NCBI GenBank assembly: GCA_963798725.1
Contig: CAWCUL010000003.1
Coordinates: 46,910 to 110,909, forward strand
Source of the DNA: an uncultured Actinomycetes bacterium
Lineage (GTDB): Bacteria > Actinomycetota > Thermoleophilia > Gaiellales > Gaiellaceae
DNA length: 64,000 bases
Reading direction: 5' to 3'
Of this stretch, positions 36,153 to 44,698 are shown piece by piece. The translations under genes were made by a program, and so were the position numbers. The notes under the pieces were generated by a model. The model saw only the letters and a program-made list of their open reading frames with translations. It did not search any database and was not told the DNA's origin. Every line of letters begins with the position of its first letter. The stretch's first letter is position 1.

Positions 36153-37463
36153 TCACCCATCGGGCGCCTCGCTTCCAGGCGCACGTCCGCTCGAAACACC
36201 GATGCCGGGACGGGGTTCGACGGGCTCGTTCGTGCCGGCGAGAGCATGGTCTTCGTGCGGGTTCCCGCCCGAGAACCGTAGGCCGACGAGCGGAAAAGCG
36301 AGCACCGAGATCATCCCTGCTCCGATGAGGGAGGCGCCGACCTCGCTGCCGATAGCGCCGCGGTCCATCCCGATGCCGACGATCGCAACGACCAGCGGCA
36401 GCGCGGCGGCGCCGAAGAACGTGAGGCCGGCCGTTCGGCGAGATCCGAGCTCCCGGAGCCACAAGATCGCGGATGCGCCGCGCACGACGAGGAACAGCGC
36501 GAGGAACAGGGCGGCGAGCGCGAGGCCGCTTGCCGTGAGGAGGCTGTCGAGGTCGAAGTTCATCCCGGTGACGACGAAGTAGATGGGAACGAGGAAGCCG
36601 TAGCCGATGCCTTCGAGCCGCGTGCGTACGGGCTTCGCCTCGGGCGAGTCGAGCGCCAGCCCGACGACGAGACCGGCCGCGAGCGCGCCGAGCACGAAAT
36701 CGAAGCCGACGTCGTGCGCTATGAGCGCGAGCACGGCGATGAAGAACACCGAGAAGCGGACCGCCGTCTGGCCTGTCGTATGGACGGTTTCCTGCAGCAC
36801 CCGCACGATCCCGGGAGGGCGTGCGCGAAGCGCAGCGGTTGCGGCGAGCGCGACGACGAGGCCGAACACGCAGAGGAGCAGGATCTCCTCCCCGGCGCGG
36901 CGCTGGCCCGTGAGGAACACCGAGATCACGACGATCGGCCAGAACTCGCCCGCGACGCCCGTGCCGAGCACGGCGGCGCCGAGCGGCGTGGGAAGGACCT
37001 TCGCGTCGGAGAGGATCGGCACGAGCGTCCCGAGCGTGGTCGTTGTGAGCGCGATCCCGAGCACCCACCACTCGGCGTCGATGCCGGTCACCTGGAGCAC
37101 GACACCGAGCGTCAGGCCGATCGCGATCGACAACGTCCAGCCGTAGGTGCCGCGAATCAAGGACGTCCTGGGCACCTTCTGCTCGACCACCTCCACGCCG
37201 ATGAAGAAGAAGAGGAGCGCGAGACCGAACGTCGAGAGGAACTCGAGGTACGCATCGACCTGGGCGATGTCCAGCACGGCGGGCCCGATCAGGATGCCGA
37301 GCACGATCTCGAGCACCACCGTGGGCAGCACGATCCGGGAGTGCAGGCGTGAGAGAAGCGCGCCGAGGCTCGAGGCGAAGAGGACGATCACGAGCGAGCC
37401 GAGGTCGGGAGGCATGGCCGCCCCGAGAATCGCGGGAAGGGTCGTCGTGTCGGTCATCGTCAT
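36153..37463 (-). CDS. Cation:proton antiporter (CPA2/KefB-like)
   Basis: Multiple TMs; EIVLGILIGP, TTLGTLVPIL, GVAGEF, FLVPIYFVVTG. Confidence 0.88.
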   Translation of the reverse strand: MTMTDTTTLPAILGAAMPPDLGSLVIVLFASSLGALLSRLHSRIVLPTVVLEIVLGILIGPAVLDIAQVDAYLEFLSTFGLALLFFFIGVEVVEQKVPRTSLIRGTYGWTLSIAIGLTLGVVLQVTGIDAEWWVLGIALTTTTLGTLVPILSDAKVLPTPLGAAVLGTGVAGEFWPIVVISVFLTGQRRAGEEILLLCVFGLVVALAATAALRARPPGIVRVLQETVHTTGQTAVRFSVFFIAVLALIAHDVGFDFVLGALAAGLVVGLALDSPEAKPVRTRLEGIGYGFLVPIYFVVTGMNFDLDSLLTASGLALAALFLALFLVVRGASAILWLRELGSRRTAGLTFFGAAALPLVVAIVGIGMDRGAIGSEVGASLIGAGMISVLAFPLVGLRFSGGNPHEDHALAGTNEPVEPRPGIGVSSGRAPGSEAPDG

Positions 37464-37855
37464 GGGAGGTGGGACGCCGTGAGCGGGGACCGTACGGTCA
37501 ACAGCCCCAGCCGCACGGGCAGTGGAGACCGACGCCGCCGCCCGAAGGCGCGCCGATCAACGGCGACACGATGTGCCACGAGCGTCTCGTTGGGGACTTA
37601 ATCATCGTCGGATCGCGCATTCTGTCGCGTTCCCCGAGCCCGTGCCGGGATCTGGGATCGCGGGCAAGGGCCCACCTGTGAACTCGGGCCGCAGACGCGG
37701 ATACCGCCCGTTCGACCGAGGCGACCTATAACGAGCCGCGCCGCTCGAGACGATCGGATCGGTGGGAGCTCGTCGTGCTCGTCGTCTATATCGCGGCGTT
37801 CGCGTTCTCGCCGGCGCGGTCGCAGCGTCGGCCTCGTCGAGCGGGGTCGGCGGTC

Positions 37856-38833
37856 TCAGCGACTACCGGCGACCCCACCCCCCGCGTACCGCGGCAGGAT
37901 CTCGGACTCGTAGAAACGGAAGAACCCCTCCTGGTCGGGGCCTACCTGGTGGACGTAGACGTGGGTGTATCCCGCGTCGCGATAGGCGTCGAGCTGCGCG
38001 ACGTGCGCTTCGGGATCGGGCCCGCAGACGACTGCCTCGGCGACGTCGTCCTCGGTGACCATCTCGGCCGCCGCCTCGAAATGCGAGGGAAGCGGCAGCT
38101 CCTGGCCGAGCGTGCCCTTCAGCGCGGCGTTGGGCCACCACTCGTGGGCCGTGCGGCGAGCCTCGTCCTCTCGCTCGGCCCAGCACACGGTCGCCTGGGC
38201 ATAGCGCGGCTTGCCGGCCCCTCCGGCGCCGTCGAATGCGCTCACGAGCTTCGCATCGGGCGCGGTGCCGATCATCCCATCGCCGATCCTGCCGGCGAGC
38301 TCGGCCGCTTCCGGACCCCCGGCCGCGACCATCACGTCGAGAGGTTCCTCCGGGAGCGTGTAGATCCGCGCGTTGTCGACCGTGAAGTGTCGGCCGCGGT
38401 GACTTGTCAGCTCGCCACCCCACAACTCGCGCATCAGGCCGACGGCCTCCTCGAGCATCTCGCGCCTGATCTCCGTCGCCGGCCACCGCTGCCCGACGAC
38501 ATGCTCGTTCAGGTTCTCGCCCGTTCCGACGCCGAGGAAGAAGCGACCAGGGAGCATCGAGGCGGCCGTCGCGGCCGCCTGGGCGACGATCGCCGGATGG
38601 ATCCTGATCGTGGGGCAGGTGACGCCTGTCCCGACGACCAGCCGTTTCGTCGCAAGCGCGATCCCCCCGAGCACGCCCCACACGAGCGGGCTCTGGCCCT
38701 GGCGGTCTGTCCACGGATGGAAGTGGTCCGAGACGAGCGCGAAGGTGAACCCGCACTCCTCCGCGCGCGCGGCGTTCCTGACGAGGTCGAGTGGTCGATG
38801 CTCCTCGCTCGAGACGGCGTATCCAAGCTCCAT
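37856..38833 (-). CDS. F420-dependent LLM-class oxidoreductase (G6PDH-like, TIGR03557-type)
   Basis: GYAVSSEEH, SDHFHPW, TGVTCPTIRIHPAIVAQA, GVGTGENLNEH. Confidence 0.88.
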   Translation of the reverse strand: MELGYAVSSEEHRPLDLVRNAARAEECGFTFALVSDHFHPWTDRQGQSPLVWGVLGGIALATKRLVVGTGVTCPTIRIHPAIVAQAAATAASMLPGRFFLGVGTGENLNEHVVGQRWPATEIRREMLEEAVGLMRELWGGELTSHRGRHFTVDNARIYTLPEEPLDVMVAAGGPEAAELAGRIGDGMIGTAPDAKLVSAFDGAGGAGKPRYAQATVCWAEREDEARRTAHEWWPNAALKGTLGQELPLPSHFEAAAEMVTEDDVAEAVVCGPDPEAHVAQLDAYRDAGYTHVYVHQVGPDQEGFFRFYESEILPRYAGGGVAGSR

Positions 38834-38935
38834 GTCAATCCCCTCCGGGTGGCCCTTGCTCCGCGTAGTGTCGGACGCGGGTCTCCCCCGCCCGCGTGAC
38901 GGGTAAACACGTCTGCGTCGAGGCGGGCTCGTCGC

Positions 38936-38989
38936 CCCGCCTCGACCGACGTTTGGGAGCTGCCCGCCTCGACCGACGTTTGGGAGCTG
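38936..38989. repeat. Exact 27-bp tandem duplication in a divergent intergenic region
   Basis: CCCGCCTCGACCGACGTTTGGGAGCTG x2. Confidence 0.9.
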
Positions 38990-39004
38990 AGAGGGAACGG
39001 GTAC
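38978..39004 (+). promoter_or_regulatory. SigF/SigB-type promoter GTTT-N17-GGGTAC
   Basis: Matches a motif that recurs across the island. Confidence 0.6.
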
Positions 39005-39037
39005 CGACCTCCAGAGCCGACAACGAAGGGAGACCTC

Positions 39038-39265
39038 GTGCCCGACAAGCGACCCAGCGTGAAGAACGAGAAGCAGTACGAGGCCCTGAAGGACAAGGGC
39101 ATGTCGAAGGAGCGCGCAGCGAGAATCGCGAACTCCCCCGGCGCCTCGAGCCGCGGCGGCAAGAAGTCCGGCTCGGGAGGGAGCTCGCACCAGGGCGGCA
39201 CGACGGCGCAGAAGAAGGCGGCTGGCCGGAAGGGCGGCAGGGCGACCGCCCGAAAGCGCTCGTAG
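39038..39265 (+). CDS. Small basic protein (DUF7218-like)
   Basis: PSVKNEKQYEALKDKGMSKERAARIANS; Lys/Gly-rich tail. Confidence 0.8.
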   Translation: MPDKRPSVKNEKQYEALKDKGMSKERAARIANSPGASSRGGKKSGSGGSSHQGGTTAQKKAAGRKGGRATARKRS

Positions 39266-39325
39266 GCGACTAGACGGGCGCCTGCTCGGGCCTGCGCGCC
39301 GCGCGCCCCGGCGAAGCGCCTCCGC

Positions 39326-39604
39326 TCACCTCGAGCGACGTAACGCCTGGATCAGCTCCGATTTTCCCATCTTGGATCGGCCACGGATGTTGCGCTCCTG
39401 GGCGAGGCGGTAGAGCTCCTCGCGATTCCGGTCCTCGAAGGAGTGGCCGCTCTTGCCGCCTCGCTCCCGTCCGCGACGGGCCTGCTCCAGCAGGTCGCGC
39501 CTCGTCCTCTCGGGCAGGTGTGCGATCGTCCGCTGCTTCGTGGCAGCACGCTGCGCCTTCTTGACATTCTGGCGTGCCGCTTGCCGCTGCTTCGCGGTTG
39601 CCAT
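39326..39604 (-). CDS. Small basic protein with C-terminal Rho-N (HeH)-like motif
   Basis: MATAKQRQAARQNVKKAQ; REELYRLAQERNIRGRSKMGKSELI; RBS AGGAGG. Confidence 0.8.
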   Translation of the reverse strand: MATAKQRQAARQNVKKAQRAATKQRTIAHLPERTRRDLLEQARRGRERGGKSGHSFEDRNREELYRLAQERNIRGRSKMGKSELIQALRRSR

Positions 39605-39636
39605 CCGGCTCCTCCTTTTCCTTGTTCTCCCGCCGT

Positions 39637-39662
39637 GTACCCGATATTCCGGCCTGCCAATC
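39637..39662 (-). promoter_or_regulatory. SigF/SigB-type promoter GATT-N16-GGGTAC
   Basis: Upstream of the gene starting at 39604. Confidence 0.5.
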
Positions 39663-39694
39663 GAGGGCAGCGCGCCGTCGACGGGCGAAAGAAT

Positions 39695-39720
39695 GTTCCC
39701 GGTCGCGCCTCCTCGGGTAC
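39695..39720 (+). promoter_or_regulatory. SigF/SigB-type promoter GTTC-N16-GGGTAC
   Basis: Upstream of udgX. Confidence 0.5.
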
Positions 39721-39803
39721 CGCGAGCAGCTGTGCCGGATCAGGCGCTACCCGAGCCCAAAGCGAGGTTTCGGCGCCCACCCACGGGGCAAGAAGAACGC
39801 GAG

Positions 39804-40829
39804 ATGCCTGCACGCAGCCGCGACGCTCCGCTGCTGGAGGACCTGCGACGCCAGGCGGCCAGGTGCCGACGCTGCGGCCTGTGGCGTAACGCGACCCAGG
39901 TCGTCGTCGGGGAGGGGATGACGCGGGCGCGCGTGATGCTCGTCGGCGAGCAGCCGGGTGACGTCGAGGACCAACAGGGCCGTCCGTTCGTCGGGCCGGC
40001 CGGCGTCCTGCTGCGTCGTGTCGTCCGCGAGGTCGGCTTCGACGAGCGGGACATCTATCTGACGAACGCGGTCAAGCACTTCAAGTGGCGCGCGAAAGGA
40101 AAGCGCCGGATCCACGACACGCCTACCTGGTCGGAGGTCCACGCGTGTGATGTCTGGCTTCGACTCGAGCTCGGCCGCGTCGTCCCCGACGTCGTCGTCT
40201 GCCTTGGAGCGACCGCCGCCCAGGCGCTGCTCGGTCGAGACGCGCGCGTCAACGCCCTTCGCGGGCGCCTTCTCGAGGCCCTCGACATCGCCCCGACCGT
40301 CGTGGTCACGTTCCATCCCTCGGCGGTGCTCCGTGCGGGCGAGCGCCGTGCGCAGCTCCACGAGCAGCTGGTCGACGACCTCCTGCTTGCGCGGTCGGCG
40401 CTGCGGATGAGGGGACGGGGTGTTTCCACGGCGAGCGCGTCGGGTAGCCCAGAGCGACGGACGTTCGAGACCGAAAGGAAGGTCGACATGCCTCCGCGCG
40501 GAGTGAAGAGGGGCAGCAAGCGCGCCCGGCAGTACAAGCACGTCAAGGAGTCGTTGAAAGAGCGGGGGCGTCCCGAGGAGCTCGCCGAGGAAATCGCGGC
40601 CCGGACGGTCAACAAGGAGCGCGCACGGCACGGCGAGGCGCGCGAGTCGTCGAGCCTCTCGCGAGACGACATCTCGTCGGGGCGCCGGGGCGGGATTCGC
40701 TCCCACCGCAAGGCGCCGCGTGGACGTACACGGGACCAGCTCTACGAAGAAGCCAGGCAAAAGGGCATCGAAGGCCGGTCGAAGATGACAAAGGCGGAAC
40801 TCGCGCGAGCCGTAGGCCCGCGCAGGTGA
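39804..40829 (+). CDS. udgX: UdgX-type uracil-DNA glycosylase/binding protein, reading in frame into the downstream small basic protein
   Basis: CRRC, GEQPG, NAVKHFKW...GKRRIH, EVHAC, FHPSAVLR; no stop before ATG 40488. Confidence 0.85.
   Translation: MPARSRDAPLLEDLRRQAARCRRCGLWRNATQVVVGEGMTRARVMLVGEQPGDVEDQQGRPFVGPAGVLLRRVVREVGFDERDIYLTNAVKHFKWRAKGKRRIHDTPTWSEVHACDVWLRLELGRVVPDVVVCLGATAAQALLGRDARVNALRGRLLEALDIAPTVVVTFHPSAVLRAGERRAQLHEQLVDDLLLARSALRMRGRGVSTASASGSPERRTFETERKVDMPPRGVKRGSKRARQYKHVKESLKERGRPEELAEEIAARTVNKERARHGEARESSSLSRDDISSGRRGGIRSHRKAPRGRTRDQLYEEARQKGIEGRSKMTKAELARAVGPRR
40422..40447 (+). promoter_or_regulatory. SigF/SigB-type promoter GTTT-N16-GGGTAG inside the UdgX read-through linker
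   Basis: Followed by RBS GAAAGGAAGG and ATG 40488. Confidence 0.6.
40488..40829 (+). CDS. Small basic protein (so-called plasmid stabilization type) with C-terminal Rho-N motif
   Basis: KRARQYKHVKES...AARTVNKERARHGE; TRDQLYEEARQKGIEGRSKMTKAEL; own RBS. Confidence 0.82.
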   Translation: MPPRGVKRGSKRARQYKHVKESLKERGRPEELAEEIAARTVNKERARHGEARESSSLSRDDISSGRRGGIRSHRKAPRGRTRDQLYEEARQKGIEGRSKMTKAELARAVGPRR

Positions 40830-41119
40830 CGGACGGGGAGGAGCAAGCGCTGCTCGGTCTGCCGGTGTGGGCCGCGGGGGTGCAGCTGGGAACGGTTACG
40901 GCAGTATGGGTGGACGCGTCCGACACGGTCCTCGGCGTCGAGGTCTCCACGACGTGGAACCGCTCGACGTACTACCTGCCGCGGCCGGCCGCACTCGTGC
41001 AGGACGGGGTCGTGAGCGCGAGCGCACTGGCATTTCTCTCGACGGCCGAGACGGGCTTCTATGCTGCGCACGGAGCGCGGCGGATTGCGGTTTCCGACGT
41101 TCGCATGGGATATGTTTGA
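40826..41119 (+). CDS. Small hypothetical protein, PRC-barrel-like
   Basis: GTGA overlap; LLGLPV...QLGTVTAVWVD...VLGVEV pattern. Confidence 0.55.
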   Translation: MTDGEEQALLGLPVWAAGVQLGTVTAVWVDASDTVLGVEVSTTWNRSTYYLPRPAALVQDGVVSASALAFLSTAETGFYAAHGARRIAVSDVRMGYV

Positions 41120-41159
41120 AGCGAGCGCGAAGGGGACGGAGGCCGTCGTCGAGAAGGGG

Positions 41160-41531
41160 ATGAGCGAAGCCGGGTCGACCGAGTTCGGAGTCGAGACGAT
41201 CAGCCGGGGCGACCCGACGGCCGTGATCGCGGTTCACGGCCAGGCCGACCTCCATACTGCGCCCGAGCTTCGAACTGCCATCACGGCTGCCCTCGACGGT
41301 GGCGCGACCGGCCTCGTGGTCGACCTGAGCAAGGCGACCTTCATCGACTCGACGACGCTCAGCGTGCTCCTCGGCGCGGTCAAGCGGCTTCGCCCGGCGG
41401 ACGGGAAGGTGAGCATAGTCTGCGGCGACCCGCACATTCGGCGCATCTTCGAGATCACCCTTCTCGACCGGGTCTTCACGATCCAGTCCGACCTCGACGA
41501 CGCGCTCCGCGTCGCCGGCGGACCCGCGTGA
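41160..41531 (+). CDS. STAS domain anti-sigma-factor antagonist (RsbV/SpoIIAA-like)
   Basis: GQADLHTAPEL, VDLSKATFIDSTTLSVL, RIFEITLLD. Confidence 0.9.
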   Translation: MSEAGSTEFGVETISRGDPTAVIAVHGQADLHTAPELRTAITAALDGGATGLVVDLSKATFIDSTTLSVLLGAVKRLRPADGKVSIVCGDPHIRRIFEITLLDRVFTIQSDLDDALRVAGGPA

Positions 41532-41694
41532 CCTCCAAGTCGCGGGGCTGATCGTGAAGGGGACGTCGGCGACACCGGCTCGAAGACGAGGGCCCGGGCC
41601 CGTCGCGGGCGGCTGTCTCGCTGTAGACGGCCGGGCGGCCGAGCAGTGACCGGAGACTGCGTGCCGGGGTCGAACACGCGATCTCGAGCCTGAA

Positions 41695-42696
41695 GTGGCG
41701 CGACGCGGCGGTTGGCGGCGAGTCGGGAGGCGAAGGCCGTTCCGCTACGTCGACTCGCGGGGAGAGCGCATCGTCGACGAGCAGCAGCTCGAGCGGATCG
41801 AGCAACTCGTGATCCCGCCCGCCTGGAGTGAGGTGTGGATCTCGCCCAGGCCCAGGGCAAAGCTCCAGGCGACCGGCGTGGACTCCGCGGGACGTCGCCA
41901 GTACCTGTACCACCACGCCTACAGGGCGGCGCAGGAGCGAGAGAAGTTCGATCGGCTCGTGCGCTTCGCCGAGCTCCTGCCCGACCTGCGGCACCGGGTC
42001 GAAAAGCACCTCGACTTGGGACCGTACGAGCGCGAATGGACGTGCGCGGTCGCCATCACGTTGATCAATCTCGGCTGGTTCCGCGTCGGCTCCGACCGTT
42101 ACGCGCGCACCAGCCGGACCTATGGCATCACGACGCTCACGAAGCGCCACGTGCGGGTGCGCGGATCACGCGTCGCCTTCCGCTTCCGGGCCAAGAATCG
42201 CGCGCGGGTGCGTGCGACTCTGGTCGACGCCGAGCTCGCGGACGCGGTCCGCGCCCTTCTCCGCTACGAGGGTGGCGCGCGCCTGCTGCGCTTCGATCGC
42301 GAGGGCGAGCCCGCCAACCTCACGGCAGCGGCGCTCAACGAGTACATCGTCGAGAACATGGGCGACGGGTTCACGGCAAAGGACTTCCGCACCTGGGGAG
42401 GCACGCTGACGGCCGCCGTGGCCCTCGCCGAGCAGGGGCCGCCCGAATCGGCAGACGACGAGCGACATATCCTCGCCGCGGCGATGCGCCGCGTCGCGGC
42501 CGAGCTCGGGAACACGCCCACGGTTGCGAGGGCGTCGTACGTCAGCCCTGCGGTGATCGACGCCTGGCGGGAAGGCCGAACGCTCGAGCGCTTCTCTCGT
42601 GCGCGACGCGTCTCGGCGCGCGATCCGGGCCTGCGCGGGGATGAGGCGGCGCTTCTTCGCCTGCTCCGCGCGGAGGCGCGTCGCCGGGGTGGCTGA
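41695..42696 (+). CDS. Bacterial DNA topoisomerase IB
   Basis: IPPAWSEVWI, GRRQYLYH, FRVGSDRY, FRAK, KDFRTW, LGNTPTVARASYV (catalytic Tyr). Confidence 0.92.
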   Translation: MARRGGWRRVGRRRPFRYVDSRGERIVDEQQLERIEQLVIPPAWSEVWISPRPRAKLQATGVDSAGRRQYLYHHAYRAAQEREKFDRLVRFAELLPDLRHRVEKHLDLGPYEREWTCAVAITLINLGWFRVGSDRYARTSRTYGITTLTKRHVRVRGSRVAFRFRAKNRARVRATLVDAELADAVRALLRYEGGARLLRFDREGEPANLTAAALNEYIVENMGDGFTAKDFRTWGGTLTAAVALAEQGPPESADDERHILAAAMRRVAAELGNTPTVARASYVSPAVIDAWREGRTLERFSRARRVSARDPGLRGDEAALLRLLRAEARRRGG

Positions 42697-42788
42697 ACGG
42701 TGTTGTCGTCCGCGTGTCGGCTGACGCCACGCCGACACGGAGGCGTCCGGACGATGTGTTCGGGCGATGCGCAACCCTCTCGGTCGCG

Positions 42789-43529
42789 TCAGACCGGGCC
42801 GGCGCGGCTGCGCTCTTCGAGGGCAAGCAGACGTCGCAGCGTGCGCGCGTTCTGAACCGCGTAGCCACACCAGTCGTTGTTGAAGTACGCGAAGACGTCG
42901 CCTTCCGCCGCGCGGATGCGGTCGGCCCACGTGTTGAGCGCGCGGCGGCCGTACAAGCCTTGGTGCGCTCGCCCGTTGTGGAAGCGGACGTACGCCCAGT
43001 CGGTCGTCTGGATCCACGGCGTCGGCGAAGCGGGAGCGCGATCCGCCACGACGAGCGCCGCGCCGTGCTCGGCGAGGAGCCCATAGACGCGCTTCGTGAA
43101 CCAGCTCTCGTGCCGGAGCTCGAAGGCGTGACGACCGGACGGGAGCGATTCGAGGAACGCTGCCAGACGGTCGTCGTCTCGCCGGAACGTCGGTGGCAGC
43201 TGCCAGAGAACAGGCCCCAGCTTCTGCGCCTCGCGAAGCGGCTCGAGTCGCTCGCAGAGCCGGTGCGTTCCGCTGCGGGGGTCGACCAGCCGCCGGACGT
43301 GCGTCAGATACCGGCTCGCCTTGACCGCGAAGCAGAAGCCGGCCGGCGTCGCCCGCGTCCAATTCGCGACCGTCGTCTTCGCCGGGAGACGGTAGAACGT
43401 CGCATTGACCTCGACGGTGTCGAAGCTCTCCGCGTAGAGCTCGAGCCACCGTGAGCTCGACCCCGACGCCGGATAGAGAACGCCACGCCAGTGCTCATAG
43501 CTCCATCCGGAGCATCCGATCCTCACCAT
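42789..43529 (-). CDS. DUF72 (YecE/YunF) family protein
   Basis: RIGCSGWSY, FDTVEVNATFYRLP, LWQLPP, AFELRH, YVRFH, YFNND. Confidence 0.92.
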   Translation of the reverse strand: MVRIGCSGWSYEHWRGVLYPASGSSSRWLELYAESFDTVEVNATFYRLPAKTTVANWTRATPAGFCFAVKASRYLTHVRRLVDPRSGTHRLCERLEPLREAQKLGPVLWQLPPTFRRDDDRLAAFLESLPSGRHAFELRHESWFTKRVYGLLAEHGAALVVADRAPASPTPWIQTTDWAYVRFHNGRAHQGLYGRRALNTWADRIRAAEGDVFAYFNNDWCGYAVQNARTLRRLLALEERSRAGPV

Positions 43530-43668
43530 CCCGAGCTGCATGTCCGGTTTTCCCCGAGTGGAAACGCCAGTCGCCGTCGGCGATGGCGACTCGAAAGGGC
43601 GCGGGTGCGGCCAGACGAGAGAGGGCGCTGACCACGTCGACGCCCCCTCTCGTCCCGCCGCGGGGACC

Positions 43669-44172
43669 TCAGGCTGCGACGGACGCAGCCGATTCGTTGC
43701 TGATGCGCGTGGCGATCTTCTCGACCGTGCCGAGCGCAGCCTTCTCTTCCTTCAGGTTCTCGTCGAGCAGGCCGACCGCCTCGTCCTCCCCCAGGGCCTT
43801 CGCCATCCTGCGCAGGCCCTCGTATGCCGCGATCTCGTAACACTCGGTCCGCGCGGCGGCGCCGAGGTCGACCGAGTCGATCAGGCTGGAGGACGCCTCT
43901 TCGACCAGCTTCGAGTGCTCGGCCACGAGGCCTTCGAAGCCGAGGCATTTCTCCGCGGACGGCTGCGCGCCGATGAGCTCGAACACGTGCTCCACGTTCT
44001 CCACGTGGCCCTTCGTCTCCTCCAGATGATGCTCGAGCGCAGACTTGAGCTCTTCGTCCCGAACTTCGGAGATCAGCTTCGGCAACGCCTCCGCGACGAG
44101 CTTGCGCTCGACGAAGAGGATGTCACCGAGCTCGTGCGTGAACAGCTCACGTGGGGTCGAGATCTCCGACAT
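43669..44172 (-). CDS. yciF: Ferritin-like DUF892/YciF protein
   Basis: HLEETKGHVENVE, KCLGFEGL, ECYEIAAY, NLKEEK; RBS AAAGGAGG. Confidence 0.88.
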   Translation of the reverse strand: MSEISTPRELFTHELGDILFVERKLVAEALPKLISEVRDEELKSALEHHLEETKGHVENVEHVFELIGAQPSAEKCLGFEGLVAEHSKLVEEASSSLIDSVDLGAAARTECYEIAAYEGLRRMAKALGEDEAVGLLDENLKEEKAALGTVEKIATRISNESAASVAA

Positions 44173-44209
44173 GTACGCCTCCTTTACTCGCTTGCCAGTG
44201 ATCCCCGCC

Positions 44210-44235
44210 GTACCCCCGCGGAGGGCAAGCAAAAC
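44210..44235 (-). promoter_or_regulatory. SigF/SigB-type promoter GTTT-N16-GGGTAC upstream of yciF
   Basis: Direct sequence match. Confidence 0.65.
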
Positions 44236-44285
44236 CCGTCTCCCCGTCACGGCACGAGGCGGCCGTGTCTAGGTCGTGTTACGAC

Positions 44286-44311
44286 GTTTCTCGGCACAGG
44301 CTGCCGGGTAC
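44286..44311 (+). promoter_or_regulatory. SigF/SigB-type promoter GTTT-N16-GGGTAC upstream of the small membrane protein
   Basis: Direct sequence match; divergent from the yciF promoter. Confidence 0.65.
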
Positions 44312-44374
44312 CCAGTCTGACGAGCAGGACCCGCTGCCGGGCAAATCTCGTCGTCTGATGAGAGGAGAGACGCG

Positions 44375-44686
44375 GTGAGAAACCAGTGGCTGACAGGCGA
44401 TTGGGTTGTCGACAAGACGAGCGCGCGACAGCGGCGGCGGATCCACTACTGGCTGACGCTGCTCTGGTTCACAGTGGGGTCGGTGGTCTGGGTTGCGCTA
44501 CGCGACGCCCTGTGGTTCGTGGGCTTCATGTCCCTGTACGCAATCTGGATCTCGCATCTCGCAGGATGGGCGGCCGAGACACCGGTTGAGCCGGAGGAGG
44601 CCGACGACGCCGGCTCCGCTCAGGGTGCGACCGCGGGCACCATCACCGATTCGTCTGCGGGCGTCGCGCCGGCTGCCGGCTCGTAG
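44375..44686 (+). CDS. Small membrane protein, unknown function
   Basis: RBS GAGGAG; Trp-rich hydrophobic core IHYWLTLLW...FMSLYAIWISH. Confidence 0.65.
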   Translation: MRNQWLTGDWVVDKTSARQRRRIHYWLTLLWFTVGSVVWVALRDALWFVGFMSLYAIWISHLAGWAAETPVEPEEADDAGSAQGATAGTITDSSAGVAPAAGS

Positions 44687-44698
44687 CGCGAGTCACGT

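Noticed and set aside
38936-38989. Tandem repeat as a CRISPR remnant
   Set aside because: Two directly adjacent copies with no spacer and no cas genes
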